Source of the DNA: a bacterium
Lineage (GTDB): Bacteria; Patescibacteriota; Minisyncoccia; JAHIHE01; JAGLIN01
Length of the DNA stretch: 64,000 nt
NCBI GenBank assembly: GCA_030638825.1
Contig: DAOWDU010000011.1
Coordinates: 5,675-69,674 of the forward strand
Reading direction: 5' to 3'
Shown here: positions 18,137 to 25,633 of the stretch, one piece after another
Numbering within the stretch: the stretch's first letter is position 1
Layout of the letters: each line of letters starts with the position of its first letter
The notes under the pieces: generated by a model
Seen by the model: only the letters and a program-made list of their open reading frames with translations
The model's database searches: none
Told to the model about the DNA's origin: nothing
Translations under genes and position numbers: made by a program

Positions 18137-18523
18137 TTACATGCTTTTCTTTAATACTTCTCTGATTTTTTCAATAACTTCTGACGGTGTAAAATGAGCC
18201 TTGATTATATAACTGTCAGCCCCTAAATCAAATCCTTTTTCTACATTTTCTTTCTGCCCCAAATTTGTTAAAAGCACGACAGGGATTCCTTTTAGCTCTA
18301 TGTTTTTTTTAATTATTTTCAAAACATCAAAGCCGTCCATTTTTGGCATAACAACATCCAAAAGAATTATATCTGGTTTTTGTTTTTCTAGCATCTTAAT
18401 GCCTATTATTCCATCCTTTGCAGTCGCAACTTCAAAGTTTTCTGATTCTAGTTTAATCTTATACATGTCAGATATGTAAGAATCATCTTCTATTATTAAA
18501 ACCGATGTTTTGTCTTTGATCAT
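18137..18523 (-). CDS. Single-domain response regulator (CheY-like receiver)
   Basis: Receiver residues DD...D (IIEDDSY, LLDVVMP), T/S and K. Confidence 0.85.
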   Translation of the reverse strand: MIKDKTSVLIIEDDSYISDMYKIKLESENFEVATAKDGIIGIKMLEKQKPDIILLDVVMPKMDGFDVLKIIKKNIELKGIPVVLLTNLGQKENVEKGFDLGADSYIIKAHFTPSEVIEKIREVLKKSM

Positions 18524-18524
18524 A

Positions 18525-18599
18525 TTGTTAAATTGTTAAATTGTTAAATTGTTAAATTGTTATGCGTGGCATAGCAATATTTTTATGCCATGCATAACA
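18525..18599. repeat. Octamer tandem repeat (attgttaa) x about 5, then a 15-bp inverted repeat (gttatgcgtggcata / tatgccatgcataac). It lies directly upstream of the response-regulator ATG.
   Basis: The tandem array spans 18525-18563, and the inverted repeat spans 18559-18573 / 18585-18599. The 21-mer atgcataacaatttaacaat recurs at 45370-45395. Confidence 0.7.
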
Positions 18600-18623
18600 A
18601 TTTAACAATGTAGCAATTTAATT

Positions 18624-20384
18624 TTATTCTTCCGTAACTCTCAAGACTTCCTCTATGGTTGTTAGTCCAGATAGAACTTTCATTATTCCATCTTGCTTCA
18701 TTGTCACCATTCCCTGTCTTTCCGCTTCTTTTGATATTTCAGCGTCTGAAATATTAGAAGACATTATGGATTCCAATTCGGGAGTCATTAAAAGAACTTC
18801 ATAAACTCCTATTCTTCCAGAAAATCCAGACTGTTTACATTCTTTGCATCCTTCTCCGTGAAAGAGTTTGAGACCTTTTTTTATATTAAAATCACTTTTC
18901 TGATCGTCGGGAACATTTTCAAGCTCTTTTCTGATAATTTTTTCCATAGAAAGTGAAGCTGGCATTTCTTTTTTGCAGTGGGAGCATATTTTTTTAACTA
19001 AGCGTTGCGCTATTGCTATATTTAAGGAGGACGATATTAAAAACGGTTCAACTCCCATATCAATCAAACGCGGGATAACGCCAATCGCGTTATTAGTGTG
19101 CAGCGTTGATAAAACCAAGTGTCCTGTTAGGGCGGCATGGGTCGCTAATTCGGCTGTTTCTTTGTCTCTTATTTCTCCAACCATTATAATATCTGGATCT
19201 TGCCGCAATATTGATCTTAATCCCGAAGAGAAGGTGTATCCTATTTCTGATCGTATTTGACTTTGATTTATTCCAACCATAAAATATTCTACAGGATCCT
19301 CCAAGGTCACAACATTTACTCCTTCCTTATTTAGTATTTTCATCATCGCGTAGAGAGTTGTTGATTTTCCGGAGCCTGTTGGTCCCGTCACAAGAACAAT
19401 TCCGAATGGCTTGCTTATATTGTCGTTGATTATTCGCAATCCATTTTTCCAAATGCCTAAGTTTTCCAGGGTGCTAATATTTGAAGATGTGTCTAAGATT
19501 CTCATTACCACTTTTTCTCCGTTGACGGTTGGAAAAGTAGAAACACGCAAATCAACACTTTTGCCTAAATTGCCCTCCTTAGAAAGAGTGAAACGAAATC
19601 TTCCATCTTGCGGTTTTCTGGTTTCATCTATTTTTAAATTGGCAAGTATTTTTATTCGAGAAGTGATCGCGGGAGTAATTTTTTTGGGGAGAACTAAGCT
19701 GTTGTGTAAAGTTCCGTCTAATCTATATCTAACTCTCAGTTCATTTTCATTTGGCTCAATGTGGATGTCGCTTGCTCTTCCTTCTACAGCGTGAGTAAGG
19801 ACAATATTTACAATCTTGCTTACGGGAGCTTCTCCAGTAATTCTTTCTATTTTTCTGCTTCCTGTTTCCTTTTTTAGATTTTGCTCCTTGCTAATAATTT
19901 GCTGGTCAACATTTTTTAGAACATTTTCTAATTCATCGTCTACTTTTTTATACTGTTTTACAGCGTCATAAAAATCGCTCCTAGACACCAAATATATTTT
20001 TGTGTTAGTCTTGTGCCTTATGGAAATAAATTTTAAGGCATCTAACGCTTCTGTATTATTCGGATCAAGCATAGCGACATTAACTGTTCCGTCATTTTCT
20101 CCAAATGGTATAAATTTATAAAACAACGCTGCTTTTTCTGGAATCTTTTTTAAAATTTCACTATCAATAATTTCATCTTTCAGTTTGATATAAGGGACCC
20201 CCAAAAAAGCTGCTTTAACTTTCGTCAGCTCTCTTTCGTCAGCCGTTTTTTTATCAATCAAAATGTCAAAAATATCCAAATTATCCTTCTTTGATTTTTC
20301 AAGCGCGTCATCAATTGTATGCTTATCAACTACATTGCTGGAAAGCAAGTAGTCGTAAGCTCTCTCAAGGTTTTTACTATTCAT
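18624..20384 (-). CDS. pilB: Type IV pilus assembly ATPase PilB (GspE family)
   Basis: N-terminal GSPII_E_N domain, Walker A LVTGPTGSGKSTTLYA, and a C-terminal Zn motif CSHC...CKEC. Confidence 0.9.
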   Translation of the reverse strand: MNSKNLERAYDYLLSSNVVDKHTIDDALEKSKKDNLDIFDILIDKKTADERELTKVKAAFLGVPYIKLKDEIIDSEILKKIPEKAALFYKFIPFGENDGTVNVAMLDPNNTEALDALKFISIRHKTNTKIYLVSRSDFYDAVKQYKKVDDELENVLKNVDQQIISKEQNLKKETGSRKIERITGEAPVSKIVNIVLTHAVEGRASDIHIEPNENELRVRYRLDGTLHNSLVLPKKITPAITSRIKILANLKIDETRKPQDGRFRFTLSKEGNLGKSVDLRVSTFPTVNGEKVVMRILDTSSNISTLENLGIWKNGLRIINDNISKPFGIVLVTGPTGSGKSTTLYAMMKILNKEGVNVVTLEDPVEYFMVGINQSQIRSEIGYTFSSGLRSILRQDPDIIMVGEIRDKETAELATHAALTGHLVLSTLHTNNAIGVIPRLIDMGVEPFLISSSLNIAIAQRLVKKICSHCKKEMPASLSMEKIIRKELENVPDDQKSDFNIKKGLKLFHGEGCKECKQSGFSGRIGVYEVLLMTPELESIMSSNISDAEISKEAERQGMVTMKQDGIMKVLSGLTTIEEVLRVTEE

Positions 20385-20402
20385 GTGTCATACTAAAATA
20401 TT

Positions 20403-21506
20403 TTATTCTTCAAATCCTCTTAAAGCCAAGCCAACGGCGACGGAAAAACTTGTTGATATCTGGTTTAGCTTTTTGGACAATACTTTGTCGTAGGCAATAT
20501 TTTTCCAAGGGCTGGCGATTTCTACTGCAATAGAAAGTTCTTTGGAGAAATAACTAATTAATCCAGGCAGGCTCGCTGAGCTTCCTGATATAATTATTTT
20601 GTTGATATTTTTCTTATTTCTATTGAAATAAGAATCGTTTACTTTTTTAATTTCCGATGTAAGTATATTGACAATCGGCAGCGCGATTTCAGAGACCTTT
20701 TTTTGCGGGCCATCAAAAGTTAAACCGACATCTCTTTTTAAGGCTTCCGCTCTGTTAAAATCAATGTTAAATCCATGGCTTATCATTTTAGTTATCTCTT
20801 CTCCTCCAGCTCCTGGCGTGCTATGACTTTCTAAAACAGAGCCGTTTTTGACAACTATTATGCTCGTTGTTTTGTTTCCAATGTCAACAATCATAGAAGC
20901 TTCCTTATTGTTTCCAACCAACGATCTTGCTAACGAAAATGATTCAGTTTCCAAAGCAACTAACCTCAAGTCTGTTTGTTTGATAATGTCAGTATATTTC
21001 TTCGTTATTTCTCTTGGAATAGCAACGAGCAACACAGTTATTTTTTTATTTTGTTTTAAGCTGGTGTCTTGCTTGTCAAGATTTTCTTCTGCGGTTTCTT
21101 TGTTTACAATGCTCCAATCAAAAACAACTTCGTCTAATGGCAATGGTATATACTGTCTGGCTTCATAATTAACAGCTTCGCTAATCTCATTTTCCGGAAT
21201 GTCCGGCAATTCCATAATGGATGAAAAAGCAGAGGATATTGGGATTGAAATGGTTGTCTCTTTGGCTGTTATCCCCGCTTCGTTGATGATTTTTAGCAAG
21301 TCGTTTAATATTTCAGTATCTGACATTTTTACATCTGCCGCTCTTCTTCCGTTGCTTAAAATTTCCATATATTCCTTCGTTTCAGTGTAAGCGTAATTTT
21401 CCAATTTTATTTCTTTGCCATTTGATCCAAGCTGGACCATTCTTATTCCCGTGGTTCCTATATCAATTCCCAAAGAACTGCAGGGTTTCTTTTTAAATAA
21501 ATCCAT
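20403..21506 (-). CDS. pilM: Type IV pilus assembly protein PilM (actin-like ATPase)
   Basis: LGIDIGTTGIRMVQL N-terminal phosphate-1 motif, and length. Confidence 0.8.
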   Translation of the reverse strand: MDLFKKKPCSSLGIDIGTTGIRMVQLGSNGKEIKLENYAYTETKEYMEILSNGRRAADVKMSDTEILNDLLKIINEAGITAKETTISIPISSAFSSIMELPDIPENEISEAVNYEARQYIPLPLDEVVFDWSIVNKETAEENLDKQDTSLKQNKKITVLLVAIPREITKKYTDIIKQTDLRLVALETESFSLARSLVGNNKEASMIVDIGNKTTSIIVVKNGSVLESHSTPGAGGEEITKMISHGFNIDFNRAEALKRDVGLTFDGPQKKVSEIALPIVNILTSEIKKVNDSYFNRNKKNINKIIISGSSASLPGLISYFSKELSIAVEIASPWKNIAYDKVLSKKLNQISTSFSVAVGLALRGFEE

Positions 21507-21532
21507 AAATAAATTGTTACATTGTTAAATAT

Positions 21533-22078
21533 TTATTCTTCGTTTCTCACCTTAACTTTCATTGAAGCGTTCTTTTCTATTTTCGGAAGTTTAACCGTAA
21601 GAATGCCGTTTTTGATTGTCGCTTCAACTCCTTCTGTTTTAATATCGCTTGGCAAAATAATTGAACGCGAAAAATTCCCCCAAAAACATTCTTGATAATA
21701 ATAATCGTCAGCTACGACATTGTCAGGATTTTCTCTCTTTCCTTTGATAGTCACCATATCGCTCGTAACGGAAATATCTAAGTTTTCAGGTCGGACGCCG
21801 CCAATAATTGATTTTACAACAATGAGTTCTTTTGTTTTGTAAACATCTACTGTCAACTGGCCTTCTTCGTTAATATCATCTTCTTTTCCTGAAAGCCATT
21901 CCTTGTCAATTTTTTTGTTTTCAGAATTATTCTCGTCAGTGTCTCCGTTGTCCGCTTCATTCTCGTTTGTTGTTTCTGTTTCTTTTTCTTCATCAGAATC
22001 AGAACTAACAATTCTGTTTAAAAATGATTTTTTTTGTTTTGTCATATTATTCATATTAACATTTAAATATATAAACAT
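21533..22078 (-). CDS. Hsp20/alpha-crystallin small heat-shock protein with an acidic N-terminal extension
   Basis: Alpha-crystallin domain: LTVDVYKTKELIVVKSIIGGVRPENLDISV ... GILTVKLPK. Confidence 0.75.
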   Translation of the reverse strand: MFIYLNVNMNNMTKQKKSFLNRIVSSDSDEEKETETTNENEADNGDTDENNSENKKIDKEWLSGKEDDINEEGQLTVDVYKTKELIVVKSIIGGVRPENLDISVTSDMVTIKGKRENPDNVVADDYYYQECFWGNFSRSIILPSDIKTEGVEATIKNGILTVKLPKIEKNASMKVKVRNEE

Positions 22079-22164
22079 TTAAACACAAATTTTAAAATAT
22101 AAAAAGCGACTGCTTGTTTATATGTTTACATGTTTACACGATTACATTATACCATTTTTAAAAA

Positions 22165-25100
22165 TTACAACAAGGACTTTATTTTTTCTTTCAGTTTTTT
22201 TATTTTTTTTTCGCTTTCCATAAATTTTTCTCTTTCTTTTTCAACAATTTCCCGCGGAGCATTGCCGACAAAATCATCATTGCCAAGTTTTGTTTTTATC
22301 TGGAAAATATATTTTTCTATATTTTCTATTTTTTTTTCTAAATTCTTTTTTTCTTTTTCTTTGTCAATTATTCCCTCTAAATAAATTTCAATATCGCCAA
22401 CAACTAAATAAACCGCGTCTTTGATTTTATCGTCCTTTTCTTTTATTTCTAATTTATCAATTCCAGTTCTGAGATTTTTGATTAAATGCGCTTGTGATTT
22501 GATAAATTCTTTTTTATTTCCAGCGTAAATTACAGCTTCAATTTTTTTACCTGGCTCAACCTTATATTCCGCGCGCGCGTTGCGAATGGCTTTAATAATA
22601 TTTTGAATTATTTCAAAATCGCGGGCTGTTGTGATTGTAGGGAACGGGCATGCCTGTTCCCTACAATCACGGTCAGCCCACTTTTCCACCATCAGTAAAT
22701 TTTCACTGTCTAAATTCTTCCAAATTTCTTCTGTCACAAACGGAATAAAAGGGTGAAATAAAATTAAAACTTGTTTTAAAATATAATTTAAAATCTCATT
22801 TTTATTTTTTTCAATTTTAGAAATTTCAATATACCAGTCAGCGAAATCGTTCCAGGTAAATTCTTTTATTTTTTCGCCAGCTTGCGAAAATTTATAATTA
22901 TTCAAATCATCTGTGACTTCTTTAGTTAAATTGTTTAGATTATTTAAGATCCATTTATCTGCTAATGTGGCATCAGAAGCTGGGCTTCCAATTGGAAGCC
23001 CAGCTTCTTTAGTATTATCAATATTCATAATAATATACCGTGAAACATTCCACAACTTATTCACAAAATTCCGATACCCTTCAACTTTTTCTTCATACAT
23101 CTTAATGTCATTTCCTGGACTGGATCCGATAATCATACTCAATCTCAAAGCGTCCGTTCCGTATTTCTCGATCATCTCGATCGGATCAATCCCATTTCCA
23201 AGAGACTTGCTCATTTTCTTTCCCTGCTTATCTCGTACCATTCCATGCAAATAAACATTTTCAAACGGGACTTCGCCAAGCGTATAAGTCGTCATCAAAA
23301 TCATTCTTGCCACCCAAAAAAACAAAATATCATAACCCGTTTCCATCACGCTTGTTGGATGAAACTTTTTCAAATCTGGACTATTCGCAACCCAATCTTC
23401 AAAAGTTTTATATTTCTCGTGATCCTGATTTAATAAAGTTGAAAATGTCCAAAGACCTGAGGAGAACCAGGTGTCTAGAGTGTCGGTGTCCTGTGTCCAG
23501 TTTTTTCCTTCTGGTGGATTAGTCCCAATATATATTTCTTGATTTTTATATTTCTTACCTTTCGGTATCATAGTATATACTATGGAACTATTATCAAATT
23601 TATTATTTAATTCATATTTCCATCCCGCTTGCCACTCTTTTGTTTTTCTCCAATCTTCATTAATCGCTTGCTCCCAAGTTCTATTTTTTAAAATTACATC
23701 TAGCGCTAACTGTGGAGCTTTGTGCGCAACAATAGCAATTTTTTTACCTTGATATTTATCTATTAAATCATTAAGAAAATCCCTGATTCTTTTTTCAACA
23801 TCTTTATAGCTCTCGCCCTTTGGAAATGGTTTGTCTATTACATTTTTTTCTATCACCAAAATTTCAGACGCACCAGCTTGTGTTAAATCTCCATAATCAC
23901 ACTCACGCAATCTTTCATCCTGAATGATTTTTACACCTCTATCACTAAACGTTAGGCTTGCAGAATCAACTGCTCGTTTCAAATCTGAACAAAATACAAT
24001 ATCAAATTTCTCATTTTCAATTGTTTTCTTTAAATCTTTTGACTGCTGAATTCCTAATTTTGATAATTTTACATCATAATGACCAGACGCTTTATTCTTC
24101 TCATTATCAATCGTCGTCCCATGAACAAAATAAGTAATATCAATTCCTGATTCCTGATTCCTGATTCCTGATTCATTTTTATACCAAACCGGAATCCGAT
24201 GCCCAAACCATAACTGACGGGAAATACACCAATCATGCAAATTTTCCATCCAATTATGATATGTTTTTTCAAATCTTTCAGGAATGATTTCAATTTTCTT
24301 GTCATTTTTTTCATCAGCTTTATTCACCACTTCCAAAGCAATTTCCTTCAAGGACTTATTTTGAAAATATTTATTTCCTCCAATTGTAATTTTCTTGTCA
24401 ACGGCGACAAACCATTGTTTTGATGGCAAAGGTTCAATCGGGGTATCACAGCGGTAGCAAATGCTTAAACTTTGATCTACTTCTTCAACTTTTTCAATTA
24501 AATTATTTTTCTCAAAATACTGGACTATTTTTTCTCGCGCTTCTAAAACTGTTAGTCCTTCATAATCTTTTCCTGCGTTCTCATTCATCTTCCCGTCTTC
24601 GCCAATAATTTTTATTTTCTCCAAATCATTTTTCTCTGCCATTTCCCAGTCAGTCATACTGTGCGCGGGAGTTACTCCTAATGCCCCAGTTCCAAACTTT
24701 ATTTCAACTTCTCTATCTGAAATAATTTTAATTTTATGTTTGCCATTTCCTAAATTTATTTCAAAAACTTTGCCAATATACTTTTTATATCTCTCATCTT
24801 TTGGATTAACAGCAACCGCTGTATCGCCTAACTTTGTTTCTGGTCTTGTTGTCGCGATTGTGATTGGAAAGTCTTTGTCATATTTAAAATAATACAGTTT
24901 CCCTTTTTGCTCTTCGTGTTCAACTTCATCATCCGCTAAAGTTGATTCGCATCTTGGGCACCAGTTGACAATTCTGTCTCCTCTATATATTAATTTATCA
25001 TTGAACATTTTTGTAAATACTTCCCTCACTGCGCGTGATAATCCATCATCAAGTGTGTATCTTTCCCTTGACCAATCGCAAGAAGAACCCATTTTTCTGG

Positions 25101-25512
25101 TTTGATTTTTAATTGTACTTTTTGAATTTTCTACATATTCATTTACTCGCTCCAGAAATTTCTCTCTGCCTAAATCATATTTCGTCTTCCCCTCTTTTGC
25201 GATTATCTTTTCTACTTTCGTCTGTGTCGCGATTGAAGCGTGGTCTGTTCCAGGAAGCCATAAAGTATTTTTTCCTTTCATTCTATTATACCTAATCATC
25301 AAATCCTGATAAGCAAGCATTGAAGCATGTCCTAAATGCAAAACTCCCGTCGCATTCGGCGGCGGCATTGAGATTGAAAAGTTTTGTAGGGAACAGGTAT
25401 GCCTGTTCCCTACAAAACTATTCGGATTAAAAAAACCAGACTTTTCCCAAGTCTTATAAATTTTATCTTCCACCTCTTGAGGATCATATGCTTTTGGAAT
25501 TTCTTTTTTCAT
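22165..25512 (-). CDS. valS: Valyl-tRNA synthetase with inserted domains
   Basis: HIGH (PNATGVLHLGHA), KMSKS and the anticodon-binding/coiled-coil C-terminus. 1115 aa, longer than typical ValRS because of insertions. Confidence 0.95.
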   Translation of the reverse strand: MKKEIPKAYDPQEVEDKIYKTWEKSGFFNPNSFVGNRHTCSLQNFSISMPPPNATGVLHLGHASMLAYQDLMIRYNRMKGKNTLWLPGTDHASIATQTKVEKIIAKEGKTKYDLGREKFLERVNEYVENSKSTIKNQTRKMGSSCDWSRERYTLDDGLSRAVREVFTKMFNDKLIYRGDRIVNWCPRCESTLADDEVEHEEQKGKLYYFKYDKDFPITIATTRPETKLGDTAVAVNPKDERYKKYIGKVFEINLGNGKHKIKIISDREVEIKFGTGALGVTPAHSMTDWEMAEKNDLEKIKIIGEDGKMNENAGKDYEGLTVLEAREKIVQYFEKNNLIEKVEEVDQSLSICYRCDTPIEPLPSKQWFVAVDKKITIGGNKYFQNKSLKEIALEVVNKADEKNDKKIEIIPERFEKTYHNWMENLHDWCISRQLWFGHRIPVWYKNESGIRNQESGIDITYFVHGTTIDNEKNKASGHYDVKLSKLGIQQSKDLKKTIENEKFDIVFCSDLKRAVDSASLTFSDRGVKIIQDERLRECDYGDLTQAGASEILVIEKNVIDKPFPKGESYKDVEKRIRDFLNDLIDKYQGKKIAIVAHKAPQLALDVILKNRTWEQAINEDWRKTKEWQAGWKYELNNKFDNSSIVYTMIPKGKKYKNQEIYIGTNPPEGKNWTQDTDTLDTWFSSGLWTFSTLLNQDHEKYKTFEDWVANSPDLKKFHPTSVMETGYDILFFWVARMILMTTYTLGEVPFENVYLHGMVRDKQGKKMSKSLGNGIDPIEMIEKYGTDALRLSMIIGSSPGNDIKMYEEKVEGYRNFVNKLWNVSRYIIMNIDNTKEAGLPIGSPASDATLADKWILNNLNNLTKEVTDDLNNYKFSQAGEKIKEFTWNDFADWYIEISKIEKNKNEILNYILKQVLILFHPFIPFVTEEIWKNLDSENLLMVEKWADRDCREQACPFPTITTARDFEIIQNIIKAIRNARAEYKVEPGKKIEAVIYAGNKKEFIKSQAHLIKNLRTGIDKLEIKEKDDKIKDAVYLVVGDIEIYLEGIIDKEKEKKNLEKKIENIEKYIFQIKTKLGNDDFVGNAPREIVEKEREKFMESEKKIKKLKEKIKSLL
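22631..22670. repeat. Family-A palindrome (gtgattGTAGGGAACgGGCATGCCTGTTCCCTACaatcac), in frame in valS
   Basis: 40-bp palindrome with one central mismatch. It encodes ...ACPFPTITT... in valS. Confidence 0.8.
22975..23008. repeat. Family-B palindrome (aGAAGCTGGGCTTCCAATTGGAAGCCCAGCTTCt), in frame in valS
   Basis: Perfect 34-bp palindrome. It encodes EAGLPIGSPAS. Confidence 0.8.
24143..24175. repeat. Heptamer tandem repeat (attcctg) x4 inside valS
   Basis: Encodes ESGIRNQESGI at the start of the ValRS insertion. Confidence 0.8.
25380..25419. repeat. Family-A palindrome (agttttGTAGGGAACAGGtATGCCTGTTCCCTACaaaact), in frame near the valS N-terminus
   Basis: It encodes the VGNRHTCSLQ insertion between the conserved N-terminal segment and the HIGH region. 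Confidence 0.8.
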
Positions 25513-25585
25513 AAGAATAGTCTAACATAGATTTGAGAATAAATAAAACATATAAGCATTTAAATTTCGTTTGTGTGTTTGTGTG

Positions 25586-25597
25586 TTTTTATGCTAT
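25586..25597 (+). promoter_or_regulatory. Extended -10 element (TGCTATAAT) upstream of the VirB6-like gene
   Basis: tatgctataat lies 37 nt upstream of the ATG at 25634. It is preceded by gtttgtgtgtttgtgtgttt repeats. Confidence 0.4.
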
Positions 25598-25633
25598 AAT
25601 ATGTTTATTACAAAATCATTTTAAAACAAAAAT

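Noticed and set aside
14728-18563. Possibility that the short tandem repeats (7-8 bp units) are CRISPR arrays
   Set aside because: The units are 7-8 bp and directly abutting with no spacers. Most lie inside ORFs, and no cas1/cas9-type genes are present.
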